NCBI GenBank assembly: GCA_964016885.1
Contig: OZ024742.1
Coordinates: forward strand, 295,926,001-295,990,000
Source: Eledone cirrhosa
Lineage: Eukaryota
DNA length: 64,000 bases
Direction: 5' to 3'
How positions within the stretch are numbered: position 1 is the first letter of the stretch; each line of letters opens with the position of its first letter. This document shows positions 1 through 12,560 of this stretch, in pieces. Both the position numbers and the translations under genes were made by a program. A model generated the notes under the pieces. The model ran no database searches. It was not told the origin of the DNA and worked only from the letters and a program-made list of their open reading frames with translations.

Positions 1-80
1 CTTCTCTCTCTCTCTCCGCTTTCTCTCTCTTCTCTTTTTCACTCTCTCCTCTCTTTCTCTCTCTCTCTCTTTCCTTCCAT
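1..80. repeat. (CT)n-rich microsatellite
   Basis: Imperfect CT dinucleotide run at the window start. Confidence 0.9.
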
Positions 81-104
81 CCCTGTCACATATGTACAAG
101 CAAG

Positions 105-270
105 GTTGATTATATGAAATACAGTACTTAACTGGTACATTATTTTATTCTCCCTGAAAGGACAAAAGACAAAGTTGACCTCTGTAGGATTTGAACTCAG
201 AACATAAAGAGCCTGAACAAATGCTGCAAGGCATATTAACTGACACTCACAATTCTGCTAATCAATCACC
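105..270 (-). mobile_element. Degenerate tRNA-derived SINE, family 1 (octopus OK-like)
   Basis: Contains gaaaggacaaaagacaaagttgacctctgtaggatttgaactcagaac, the reverse complement of the family B-box/core seen in many copies here. Confidence 0.7.
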
Positions 271-1219
271 ATTTTATCCTGTTCAGAATTGTTATGTTTT
301 TAATTTTTCAGTTTCTGTTCAGTTATTATTCAAGTCAGTATTCTATATTAGAATTGAAAGTAAAAGTTGTCTAAATCACTGGCAACTTTTCAAAGTAACA
401 CAGTTAGTAGACAGAGAGAGTGTGTATGTGTGTGTGAGAAAGGGTGAGAAAGAGTGAGAGAGAGAGAGAGAGAGACTTACAGACCTATGGGAACTGTATA
501 GTTTAACTTTTATTTCAAGAGATATAACATTGTTTCAGTTCAAGCTGTGTCTGTTATTGACTGATGCCATTGTGCTCAGTTGTTGTATGTCAAAGAGTTA
601 TTTACAAAGGGAATCTTTAGTCTATTGGTAATTGTTTCAAAACAAGGTGGAGAATAGAGCCAGAAAGTTTCATTTGAATCTATTATGTGATAAAATTTAA
701 TGTTAGTTAGTCAGCTCTATATGAAAGAAAGAAGTCCTTTAATGAATTGAAAAACAACTGGTTCATGATTGTAACTTATAGACATACTAAGGAAATATTT
801 ACTTAGAGAGTCTCTTAAATCTTTTGTTGTCTCAAATAATTAATTTGCACCATGCTTGCTTAATATATTATAAATATATTACTGTTTCTCAGAAGATTTT
901 ACCTTCTAAAATTTTAATATTTACCTGAAATTAACTGATATTCACCTACAATTGACTGTTTAACTCTTAACATCCTGTGATGATTTTGCAGAAAATATCT
1001 AAAGCAGGCTTATTAATTCAAATGCTTATAGTATCTTTACTTCTAAACAGATCATTGTGAAATCTGTAGTATTATCTCTTAACATCCAATAATTATTTAG
1101 CAAACTTGTTAATTTAAATGTTTATAGCACATTTACTAGTGATCAGATCAATGTATAAATTTGTAGTAAATTTAACTAAAGACTGTTAATGTGATGCAGC
1201 CATAGAGCTGTTTTGTACA

Positions 1220-1318
1220 ATAATTGTTTCTACGTTAGGCACAAGGCCAGCAATTACCCAGTGCATTACTGGTACTTTATTTTATCGACCCTGTAAGGAT
1301 GAAAGGCAAAGTTAACCT
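1220..1318 (-). mobile_element. SINE family 1, 3' half, short (deletion) subfamily
   Basis: aattgtttctac..ggcacaaggccagcaattacccagtgcattactggtactttattttatcgacc, near-identical to the reverse complement of the 6432 copy. Confidence 0.8.
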
Positions 1319-1794
1319 TTTGTACATTAACCTTTTGTACAATAATGAATGTTTGCAGTGTGTGTCCTGTTTAGAATAGGTACTCTGACATTGGGAGTGT
1401 TGAAAGAGTCAAAACTAAGATGGTTGGCACCAAGAAGGGCATCTGGTCCATAAAACATGCAGAAGATCCATCCACGTATACAAACACTGAGAAAATAGAA
1501 GAAAACATGATGTGAGAGTATAACTTGATGTGTTTGACAATTGAAATTGAACAGAGCCTATATAGAGTTGAACCATTTTGTTACTAACCCAGCCAAAACT
1601 TGCTCTGGTTCTGTGAAATAAAACCATCCATTTTTAAATTAAAATCTTCCAACATAATTTTTTTAAGTTATTATCTTAGTAATGAAATAATTAATAATTT
1701 TAGTAAATCCCTCAAAATTCTTAATTAATTTATTGAAATATGGTCATGAAAAGTTAAGAGAACTCTTCAGTTTGGCCAAGTATGTGACAATATC

Positions 1795-2097
1795 TCTAGT
1801 GCTGGTGCTATAATAAAATGCACCCAGTACACCCTGTAAAGTGTTAGTCCTGGTACCATGATAAAATGCATCCAGTCCACGTTGTAAAGTGATAGTGCTG
1901 TGTCACAAAAAAAAACAAAAAGACCAGCATACCATGTAAGGTGGTTGGCATTAAGGAGGGCACACCCATGGAAACCATGCAAAATATGGAAAGTAAGAAG
2001 CAAGATAGATAACTCTAAGTAATCTCTTCTCAGACCATGACAACCCATCCAACTCATGCCAGTATGGAAAGAAGGCGTAAAATGAAAATAATAATGA
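1795..2097 (+). mobile_element. RTE-3'UTR-derived element with ~50-bp internal tandem units
   Basis: Repeated ggtgc..ataaaatgcacccag..ctgtaaagtg units, then ggttggcatt..gggca and a catgccagtatggaa..cgtaaaatga tail like the RTE 3' ends in this window. Confidence 0.65.
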
Positions 2098-2540
2098 TAT
2101 ACATATCCATTATGATGCAGTTTAAACCTAGAGAGAGAAAGAATATATTTATCAATATTCATTGTGACTTCCTGATCACTGATCCATAATTCATGAAAAT
2201 CTCGATCAACTTGGATGTTTCTGTTGAATGCTAAAGTATATTTTTGTAAATGATGCCTATATTAGTATTCAAATTCGACTCTTGATATTGACCAAACATT
2301 AGATATTCTTTATGTGTATTTATTTTATCTATCCCTGTTCGTATAATAAAAAACAAATATCTCAATGAAACAACCCTAACTGTGGTAATCTTGATAAATA
2401 CAAGCAATTATATGGAATTAACCTCTGGCAGCTTCAACAATGAGAGTCTGATTAATGGAACAGCCTGCACATGAAATTAACATGTAATTGATTGGCCATT
2501 CCACAGACGTGTGCACCCTTAATGTAAAATAATAATAATA

Positions 2541-2762
2541 ATAATTGTTTCTACTTTAGGCACAAGGCCAGCAATTTGAAGGGAAGGAGAAAGTCGATTA
2601 AATCGACCCCAGTACTTACGGGTGCTTTATTTTATCGACTCTATTAGGATGAAAGGCAAAGCTAACCTTGACAGGATTTGAACGCACAATGTAAAGGGTT
2701 GTAACTCTATGCTGCGAAGCATGGAATCTAGCACATTACCAATTCTGCCAATTCACTGCCCT
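2541..2762 (-). mobile_element. SINE family 1, full length, long subfamily
   Basis: A/B-box head, core and (TAA)n tail; includes the gtcgattaaatcgacccc segment; flanked by TAA runs. Confidence 0.85.
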
Positions 2763-2788
2763 TATAATAATAATAATAATTAATATTG

Positions 2789-3016
2789 TTTACTCAGCTG
2801 TAGAAATGAGATGATAGAGACTGGGGTCCCTATCATTCCACTGCAAAGTGGTCGTGGAGGTGCCATGGCAAAAAAGCACCCAGCACTCACTGTAAATGAG
2901 GTTGGTGTTAGGAAGGGCATCCAGCTGTAGAAATCAAGCCAGAATCAGTTCCCGTCCCACCCTTGCAAGCAAGGAAAAGCTGACGTAAAATGAAATGATG
3001 AATGATGATGAAATGA
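2789..3016 (+). mobile_element. SINE family 2 (RTE-tailed), 5'-truncated
   Basis: Matches the 3' two-thirds of the 12217 and 39070 copies; junction hairpin and (GAT)n tail. Confidence 0.85.
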
Positions 3017-3445
3017 TTGTTATGTAGAGTGCTCAGGTTCACTACAACTCATCAAAGGTGCATGTATATACATAGAATAATGTACAAATGTCAGGAAAGT
3101 GACCAGTGTATGAGTCATGACATACACACAGACACGCACACACATGCGTGCATGTGTATGGATGGGGAAGATCAGGTGTAGTGTTGGTAAATTTCAGGAA
3201 GCATGAAAGTTTTGAAGGATGCAGTTTCCCAACAGCTAACTACCGGTGCAGGTAGTTTGTTCCATGCTTCAGCAACTCAGATTGTGAAAAAATGTTTTCG
3301 AAAGTCATGGGAGCTGTGCTGTTTTCTGATTTTGTAAGCGTGTCCATAGGTGTTAGACACATGGAATTCAAAAAGGTTCTCAGGGTTGTTGTTGGAAAGA
3401 TGGCTAATAATCTTGTGGGTGTCTACCAAGTCAGTTGCTAGGGAG
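3017..3445 (-). mobile_element. CR1-clade LINE 3' fragment
   Basis: Minus-strand translation DLVDTHKII..GHAYKIRKQHSSHDFRKHFFTI*VAEAWNKLP matches the CR1 ORF2 C-terminal pattern (RGH..FF..RV...WN.LP). Confidence 0.75.
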
Positions 3446-4879
3446 ATTCTGCATATCACTGTGTGTGATAAGGTTGGTCTATTGAATTAGAGGTATAGTC
3501 TTTCTAATGGACTTATAAGCAGTTTCCTTCTACTCAACTTCATATACAATGCATGAGTTGACCAGTGGCTATGTTAAATGACACTTATCCAAAATTCCAC
3601 TCAGTAGGATCAAAACAAGGACACATTGATTGTGAAATGAACTTCTTAATCATTTGGCTATGATGGGTCCACTAAGCAATTATATATACTGGTTACATAT
3701 ACAAATAGTTTTAGACTTATGCTCACATAGTTGTGGGATAAAATTCTGGACCAAACAGCACATTATGTTGTTCAGCAAGACACTTTATTTCACATTGCTT
3801 TTTATGAAGGGACTGGGAGCCATATCCTTAAAACATCCGATAAACATCAGGATACAACCTCATAAGAGGCTATCTAAATCTGCATAGATTTTTTTTCCTT
3901 CTCCTCCTTTTCCCACTGCAATCGACTTGCATCTTTCCGAGGGGAATTTTTTCCTGATAGGACTGGATTCCCTATCCTTAATACACTCCTCTTCCTTCTA
4001 TGAGATGATATCATAGGAAGCCAGCTAACCCTATCTAGCTGTGGACTCTAGCAATTACATAGATTTAAAAATATTTGTTTAATTCTTTTACTGGTTTCTG
4101 TAAGAATGGGACCATCCTGGGGCACCAGATTAAGGGTACTTCATCAATCATATCAACCCCAGTGGGGTTTTTGTTCAAGTCTGGTACTCATTTTATCAAT
4201 CTCTTTTTGTTGAATCATTGAGTTATGGGACATAAACAAACAGGAAATGTAAACACAGACATGAGGAAAACACACACATAAACACATATACGTTTGTGTG
4301 TGTGTACAACAAATTTTCAAACAGAATCTATTTGCCAAACATTACTCATGGCCAATCTATTGCTACAAATACTAGAAGACATTTTTCCAAAGTGCCATGC
4401 ACAGAGATTGAACCTAAAATCATATATATATATGACACACACACGCACACGCACACGCATGCGGAGAGAGAGAGAGAGAGCCTGTTGACAATGTCGGGTG
4501 TGTAGAAGGGATTTGAGATAACAAACAACTATCCTGATTCCAAAATGTTCCAAGCTGTACCAGTAATAATGTATATAAGAACTATTTTGACATATATTTG
4601 TGATCAACAAATGAAATACCAGTGTATGTTGATTTATGAGTTGAAGCAGTGGATACTGAATAATTATATGGAGCTAAGAGGTCAGATGGAAGCTAACATA
4701 TGTCTTCTCAGAGTTATTTGTAAATGGGTGGTTTATATCTATGTGTGTGTGTGTGTGTATTTGTATATGTGTGCGTGAATGTTAATACGTCAATACAATC
4801 ATGGCTTAGTCAGCTACGTTGAAATTACTGAAACCGATAAAAGAAAATAATGTCTGCGGTTGCATATATATTTGCATAT

Positions 4880-5850
4880 TACACATACATATGTGTGCAT
4901 TTGTAGACATATAGTTTTGCTGTGTAAACAGGAGAAACAAAAGAAACCAGTTTTTGAGTGCCCACTTAACTCTAATGTTATCCCAATTCATATTTTGTCT
5001 ACTCAAGATTTACAATGTGTACACTTTATAGAGTTTATGCCTACTCCTTTTATACATATGGAGCAGGGCCACTTCCCTGGAAAGATCAGGGTCCTATCTT
5101 CTTTCTTACTCACTAGCACTTTAGTTTTGGCTAAGTTTACTCTTAGACCTTTTTATTCTAAATTTCGTTTCCATAGTCGGAACTTATTTTCTAGTTCTTT
5201 TATGAATCTGGCTGTTCGGACCAAATCATCAGCATAGAGAAGTTCCCATGGGAAGCCAGTTTTAAACTCCTTTGATATGGCCTGGAAACTATGATGAACA
5301 GCAGTGGGCTAAGAATGGAAGCTTGATGAACTCCTACTTGTACCTTGAATGTCTCACTAAATTCACTTCCTGCTCTCACTTTACTGACAGCTCCTCTGTA
5401 TATGGCTTGCACTACTCTCACAAGCCAGTCTTCTACATCTAATTTTCTTAAGGACCACCAGATGATAGATTGAGGTACTGTTTCAAAGGCCTTTGATGAA
5501 GGATAGTAAAGCAATGGCACCTCAGAGATAGTCACCGAGATGCTACCATCTAATCCATGCTAGCATGGAAGAACGGACGTAAAACGGTGATGATGAAGCT
5601 AAAAGCACCTGCAGAAGTAGGAGCTGAATTAGTAAACCACGTAGTCAACCAGGTAACACATGACTCAGTCATACTCAATGACTGGCACAGCAGTACATTT
5701 GTAACTTGCTACAAGGGAAAAGGTGATGCTCTAGAAAGGAGCAAATACAGAGGAATAAAACTAATGCGCGAAGTTATAAGAATGACAGAAAAATCTTAGC
5801 ACAGTTAATTAGGGAAAGAGTCAAATTTAGAAAAGATGAGATGCAGTTCA
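4880..5850. mobile_element. Old RTE LINE fragment with an inverted 5' part
   Basis: Minus strand 5494 to 4880 encodes KAFETVP..GVHQASILSPLLFII..; plus strand 5497-5850 encodes ..CYKGKGDALERSKYRGIKLM..EMQF; many lesions. Confidence 0.85.
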
Positions 5851-6431
5851 GATGAAATACACATTTGTTCAAATTTTGGAAAGCTGTTTTATTCAGATTC
5901 TTAAATCAGACAGTAAGATGTTGTCAGGGATCCCTTATCTCATAGTTAGAGCACTGAGCTAGTATCTGGGAGATAAAGAATTTGATTCTTTGTCATGGCC
6001 GCTAACATTTTTTTCTGTCTTTAAGGGGCTTTACCCAATTTTTATAAGCTATTTTATAGCAACTGACTGTAATTGCAGTTATTTTTTACACTTGAGATCC
6101 CTACATCAACTTATAAATATATGTTTTTGAAACAGCACTATATCAGCTTAGAAGTGGACTTTTGTAGTCCAGCAGATTTTTGTGTGCTAAACTAGGAGGA
6201 TAGTGGCTGTTTCAATTGGTGAAATTGTGAGTACTTTAAAGCTTTCATATGTTAATCCGTCAATATAATAATTTCTTTCTTTTCATAGCTTTAGGCTTCT
6301 GGCTGGAATGTTGTATTATATTTACTCCTTTGTTTACTCATTTGCTCCAAACGAATTTGTTGAGCAAATTGTAAACAAGATTGAAATCACTGGATACCGA
6401 TCTTAATCATTATTATTATTATTGAGTTCAA

Positions 6432-6742
6432 TTGGCAGTATTGGTAGAGGGTCGGACGCCATGCTTTCCAGCATAGTTACGTCCCTTTACGATCTGAGTT
6501 CAAATCCCACCGAGGTTGACTTTGCCTTTCATCCTTACGGGGTCGATAAAATAAAGTACCAGTAATGCACTGGGTAATTGCTGGCCTTGTGCCTAAAGTA
6601 GAAACAATTATTATTATTATTATTATTGAGTTCAAATCCCGCCAAGGTTAACTTTGCCTTTCATCCTTACGGGGTCGATAAAATAAAGTACCAGTAATGC
6701 ACTGGGTAATTGCTGGCCTTGTGCCAAAAGTAGAAACAATTA
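6432..6742 (+). mobile_element. SINE family 1 (short subfamily): full copy plus tandem 3' partial copy
   Basis: ttggcagtattggtagag..gagttcaaatccc..gtagaaacaa(tta)n, followed at 6628 by a second copy starting at the B box. Confidence 0.9.
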
Positions 6743-6754
6743 TATATATATATT

Positions 6755-7345
6755 TAATACACTAACAGAAAGCTTTAAGCAATACTCCGACCGACTTCCG
6801 TCTCACTCAACAAACATTAGAATATACCTTAGTATAATCCCAATTGGGGTGCTAACTATACGTATTTTGTGGATAGCCAGTTGTATTATTTTATATGAGA
6901 CATAATTAAATACATCCCTCTTTCCAATCGATCGTTTCATTATAAGTTTTCTACAAGTTGGGAAAATAATGTCCAGGTTATGTAGAAGCCTACACATAGT
7001 CTATAGGAATATATGCAGGTGGGCACTTATAAATCATCAGTGGATGCCCAACAATATCGATATTAACATTCAGCGATGGTACCCGTCAGTGTTAGAGTGA
7101 CCGCCAAATTTGAAATTCCAGCAGTCTCACAAAGAGAAAGCTCACACTGTCACCAAGCGGGAAGGGGAGGTCATCGCAAAACATAAAAGGATGAAATAAT
7201 ATGCACGCAGGTCAATTAATTCTGTCAAGAATTTTAACCATGCGTGAAGAACTCAATTGGATATAAAAAAATAAATATATGCATGTATTATTTATACATG
7301 CATATAGGTATTTTCTCAGGCTAAAAACAGAGACAAGATACCGAA
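6755..7345 (-). mobile_element. Penelope-like element 3' remnant containing a degenerate hammerhead (6923-7044)
   Basis: Starts at a (TA)n run; minus strand tcca-CTGATGA-tttataagt...acttataat-GAAA-cgatcg-at-tgga. Confidence 0.6.
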
Positions 7346-7349
7346 TATA

Positions 7350-7520
7350 TGAAGCACGGCTTAGTGGTTAGAGCGTTAGGATTGCAATCGGGAGGTTGCA
7401 AGTTCGATTCTCGGCCTAGGTGATGCATTGTGTTCTTGAGCAAGACACTTTATTTTATGTTGTTCCAGTTTACTCAACTGTAGAAATTAGTTACAATGTC
7501 ACTGGTGTCATGCTGTATCA
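7350..7520 (+). mobile_element. tRNA-derived SINE head plus central domain with a different 3' module
   Basis: ggcttagtggttagagc (A box), agttcgattc (B box), tgttcttgagcaagacactt core. Confidence 0.75.
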
Positions 7521-7567
7521 AAGGACGGAGGGACTCAGCGGCCATCTAATAAAGTCTTCATTTTGTT

Positions 7568-7607
<40 letters not shown>

Positions 7608-7608
<1 letters not shown>

Positions 7609-7969
7609 GAGGCACATGACTTAGTGGTTAGAGCATTGGGCTTGCAATCGAAAGGTTGTGAGTTCAATTCTCAGACCGGGTGATGTGTTGTTTCCTTGAG
7701 CAAGACACTTTATTTCACATTGCTCCAGTTTACTCAGCTGTAGAAATTAGATGATAGGACTGGGGTCCCTATCATTCCACTGCAAAGTGGTCGTGGAAGT
7801 GCCATGGCAAAAATGCACCCAGCCCAAACTCTAAAGTGGGCGTGTAGGTGCCACGGAAAAAAGTACCCACCACTCACTGTAAATGAGGTTGGTGTTAGGA
7901 AGGGCATCCAGCTGTAGAAATCAAGCCAGAATCAGGGAAAAGAGGATGTAAAATGATGATGATGATGAT
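7608..7969 (+). mobile_element. SINE family 2 (tRNA head + core + RTE-B-like 3' tail)
   Basis: A/B boxes, ccttgagcaagacactt core, hairpin, 3' region matching the RTE-B 3'UTR, (GAT)n tail. Confidence 0.9.
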
Positions 7970-7989
7970 ATAACAGTCTTCTACATATC

Positions 7990-8135
7990 TTCTATCTACC
8001 AAATTTCACTCACAAAGATAGGTCAACCTGAAACTATAACAGAAAACACTTGCCCAAGGTACCACACAGTGTGACTGAACTTGAAGCTATGTGACTGTAA
8101 AGTAAACTCTTTAATCACACAACCAGCCTGCACCA
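7990..8135 (-). mobile_element. SINE family 3 (octopus OR/CORE-like); other degenerate copies near 4310, 9375, 18645, 19187, 21140, 40350, 62100, 62572
   Basis: ctaccaaatttcactcacaa..acacttgcccaaggtaccacacagtg..actgaac motif recurs in these copies. Confidence 0.7.
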
Positions 8136-9705
8136 ACTGTATTTTTAATAATGTAACATTAGACTGTTAGCAATTTATTTGTGAATTACACCAAATATTA
8201 TTTTCTGGTTTACAATACAAAGAACTACTTGTAATTTTATTAATAAATTGGATCGGTAAGTGTTGTTTGTTGAGTTAGCATTAATACATCAATAAAAACT
8301 ATAAAAATTTCTGTTAAATCGATAAGTTTTGTGTTATGGCTAGTAAAACAAAGGAGAAATATTGCTATCATTTCATTTTATACAAAAATATTTTTTTTTC
8401 TTTTGTTTGACAAAATTTTTTTTTAATTAATTCTTTATTCCTCTTTTATAAGTTACAATGAGGTTGTTTAAATCAATAATATCCATTATCAGAACTTGTT
8501 AAATGTCTGCTTCATTAGTATATATTACATTCATTTTGGAGGAAAGAGGGGGGAAAGATGTTTCTCATTCTGAAGGATATGATCTTCAAATCTGTATTAG
8601 ATTTGTCTTTCTGAATGTACTTAAATTGAAATTCAATGTTTATAGATTACAGCAACACATATCATGTTGACATTTGTAGTTCAAATTGTATATCTTGAAA
8701 AATTACCAGGAGTAGCATTTAGTTTTGTTATAATAAACTTGATTCTCAACCAAATTCATTCTTAGTTGTATATTTTATTGCATATGAATGAATAATAACA
8801 TATAAATGTAGCTACAACTACTTTAAAAGTCATAAAGGCTGGACATTATTAGAACTGATTAAAACTGAGTAAATTAGACTTCAATATTTATCAAATGACT
8901 ATGATTGATGCTATTGACTCTTGAGACAAAACAAATGAAAATCTAGAATAAACAGTTTTAGCTTCAAATAATGATTTTTAGTTTTGGCACAAGGCCAGTA
9001 ATTTTGGTGGGAGGAGAATGTCAATTAAATCGACCCAAGCTCTTAATGGGTAATTCGAATGAAAGGCAAAGTTGAGTTTAAGGATATTTGAACTCAGAAT
9101 GTAAAGAACCATAACTAAATACCACAAATCAAGCATTTTGTAAGATGCTATAATAATTTTTGTTGATTCACTGCTCTTTCATTGCAAATAATAGCAAAGG
9201 AGCTAAATCAATCATTCAAGAAATATTCCTTCCTCAGCCCCTCCCCCCACTCCCACCCCCAACAACTGATGGAGTTGTAAAAGCTCTTTCATGATATATG
9301 ACATGTCTTGGATATTTTAAATTTCCTGCAGCCCATACCACTCCAACTATGGCCACAGCTGATTTCATAGTTTCTGTTGGCCCAATTTCAGTCACATGAC
9401 TTGGGTCAACCTCATTCTATGCTAAAAGACACTTGCCTAAAATGCCACACATTCGTATTGAAACTGGGATGCCATAATTGTGAAGAAAACTTCTTAACCA
9501 TTATGCCATGCATGAATCTAGTGTTCATACTTACCATATTTTCACATGGTTTCTACAGCAAGATGTCCAACCACTTTATAGAGTGTTCTGGGAGTATTTC
9601 ACCATAGAGCCAGTACTAGCGATGTTGTCATGTACTCACTACAATTGAAGGATCATCCATATATTGTCTTCATCAAATCACCAACAGCCACTTTACAGAG
9701 TGTAC

Positions 9706-9747
<42 letters not shown>

Positions 9748-10489
9748 GTATGTATATACACTAGCATAGTATCAGGAATGGCAAAGAGACAGCTAGAGAA
9801 ACAGGCAGATAGATAGACAGATCAAGATACAGTTACATTGATAAATAGATGTTACTTTTATTGTCCAAATATATACATAGCTAGATAGTTATAGATAGCT
9901 GCTGCTCTGCCTCTGACCATCTTGTCAACACTGTGTAAAAGAGAGAGAGAGGGAGGGAGGTATCAAAACATATATTCAAATTACCAAACAAATCTAGCTG
10001 AAATCTATCACGTGATTCATGTATTTTATTATTATGATTATGTAATGTAGCTAGCAGTGGTGGTTTGTTACACAATAATCTATTTCCATTTAACAACCAA
10101 TTACCACTAACCAAATGTTATATTGACCAACACTTGGTGCTACAAGATACCTTATTTATTTTTCCCATTTTATTTATATTTCATTTCAATTACTTCATCA
10201 TTTATGCTAGTCATCTGTAATAAATTCAGTAGAATATAACACTGGGTCCACAATGGTTATCTCTATAGCAACTATTACTGTCTAGACATTAAAAAGAGAC
10301 TGATGCAATATCCCCTTACTATCATACTACATACATGCTATGCTGTAATGCAGCCAGCCATTACATAATGAAATATAAACTGTGTGGGTATTATTACAAC
10401 AGGCTGGAGCACAGCATGACCATTAGATATGCAACATTACATAAAACATTTCACCTAATTGATGTTGCTGTTATTTTGATATATTTCAG

Positions 10490-10522
10490 AGTATTTTGAT
10501 ATCCATATTTGTAGATATGACG
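10490..10522 (+). other. Candidate 33-nt micro-exon
   Basis: ctaat branch-like motif about 35 nt upstream, tttcag acceptor, ACG|gtgagg donor; open as SILISIFVDMT or (E)YFDIHICRYD. Confidence 0.35.
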
Positions 10523-10624
10523 GTGAGGAGGGCTTCATAATTTGTTTATTTTCTTGCTAAAATAATTTAATTATTGATAAAAATTTAGCATTGTATATTA
10601 TAGATCTAATATTGATCAAATAAT

Positions 10625-10962
10625 TGGTGATGACTTGGCTGAGTTGGAAGACTGTAGAACAAAATGCTTTGCAGTATTTCTTCTAGCATTCTGTGTTCTG
10701 AGTTCAAATCCTGCTGAGGTCAACCTTGTTTTTCATTATTTTAGTGTGGATTGGCAGTATCGGTAGAACATTGGACACCATGCTTTGCAGCATATAGTTA
10801 CGTCCCTTTACAGTCTGAGTTCAAATCCTGCCACGGTTAGCTTTTCCTTACATCCTTACAGGGTCGATAAAATAAAGTACCTGTAATGCACTGGGGTTGA
10901 TTTAATCGACTTTCCCCTCCTCAAAAAATTGCTGGCCTTGTGCATAAATCAGAAAATATTAT
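10625..10962 (+). mobile_element. Two tandem SINE family 1 copies
   Basis: Degenerate copy 10625-10745, then a full long-subfamily copy 10750-10962. Confidence 0.8.
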
Positions 10963-11731
10963 TTTAGTGTTGATAGAATTATGTACCAATTCAGATTTGG
11001 TTGAATTGTGGGAGTATCAGAGGAAATGCCCCGTGGTGTTTGCTCTGATACTTTGTGCTTTGAGTTCAAATCCTGCTGTAGTCTACTTGAAGGGTACACA
11101 TGATCCACTGCTCAGTTCAATAGCATCACTTGGGCCTTGTGGGCCTTCAGTAAAGTCTGCTCTGTGTTGTAATTCCTAGAGGGTTTGGTAGGGTGGATTT
11201 AGTCATGATAAGGATTTTGTTTAAGTTTTCTACAAAAATATGATCAGAATTGTCCTCTATGAAAATATAGAGGATGCGCAATGAGAATATTTTGTTCAGA
11301 AAAAAGCCACAATGTAAACTACAGTAGACCTTACTATGTTTAATTTTGTAATCAATAATAATAAAGTTGTTGGTGATAGCAAGGGCATCTATCCATAGAA
11401 AATCTGTCAAAGTATTGGGAGGATTCTTCAGTTGTGTCAAAGACATGACAACCTACCTTGTGCAAGTATCATGATCAAATGCACTCAATTGAAAACAAGA
11501 ACATTGTAAGAAAGATGTGAGCCTTTGGTCTGTTTGAGAGTACTGATTTTGTGACAACTGATCTATCCCTTGCTAGCTGGTAAACAGATGTTAAATGATG
11601 ATGATGATGACACACAAATGTCACTGCTTGGTCTGATGACATGTAAAGACGCACATACATGCACAGCTGTATGACAGTCTTGCACACAGTTTCTGTCTAT
11701 CAAGTTTCACATTCAAGGCATTGAAGACATA

Positions 11732-12081
11732 CGATGGAGCTTCAAAAAGTCCGTGGAAAAAGGACATAGTTAAAAATCATATGCAGAGATTTTGATCTCA
11801 ATGCACCTGTACATTCTTGTATTAATGTCATAATATGCTCTAACATAAATGCATGTTGGAATGCAACGCCACCAGTTGGAAGTCAACACCCGCTTAAGCA
11901 ACATGGCCTCCATCAAAACATCAAATTAATGGTGAAGCTAGGGTGGAATAGCAGCCAAAAGGCTGATATCAATGCTTACAAAAGTGTATTAACCTAGATG
12001 GAGCATATGCTGAAAAATAAAGATAACTTAAGCCGTTTTTTCAAACTGTCCTTTTTCCACAAACGTTTTGAAGTGTCCTCA
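11732..12081 (+). mobile_element. Internally deleted mariner-type DNA transposon
   Basis: TA|cgatggagcttcaaaaagtccgtggaaaaagg ... cctttttccacaaacgttttgaagtgtcctca|TA imperfect TIRs; internal KCINLDGAYAEK* matches the mariner transposase C-terminus. Confidence 0.8.
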
Positions 12082-12216
12082 TATATCTAAGATTTCATAC
12101 AGGGAGATCAAATCAAATGCTATGTGATTGCAAAGCCATATCTGATAGTATAATACTGTATAATACATTTTGAATGATCAATACTTTGAAATTTGAGATT
12201 TATATATGTTGACAAT

Positions 12217-12560
12217 GGAGGCACATGGCTTAGTGGTTAGAGCATTGGCCTTGCAATCGAAAGGTCGTGAGTTCAATCCTTAGACCGGGTGATGTGTTGT
12301 TTCCTTGAGCAAGGCACTTTATTTCACATTGCTCCAGTTTACTCAGCTGTAGAAATGAGATGATAGGGACTGGGGTCCATATCATTCCACTGCAAAGTGG
12401 TTGTGGAGGTGCCACGGCAAAAAAGTACCTAGCACTCACTGTAAATGAGGTTGGTGTTAGGAAGGGCATCCAACTGTAGATATCAAGCCTGAATCAGTTC
12501 CTGTCCCACCCTTGCAAGCAGGGAAAAAGTGGACGTAAAATGAAATGATGATGAAATGAT
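12217..12560 (+). mobile_element. SINE family 2 (RTE-tailed)
   Basis: Near-identical to 39070-39400; probable TSD tgacaa(a)tg. Confidence 0.9.

Noticed and set aside
6136-6406. Possible exon, 62-nt intron (gtgagt..catag), exon
   Set aside because: The upstream part has stops in every frame and neither peptide is recognisable.
7608-7680. tRNA genes at SINE heads (7350, 7608, 12217, 20389, 39070, 45490)
   Set aside because: A/B boxes are present, but acceptor stems are absent and each runs into a SINE body and tail.
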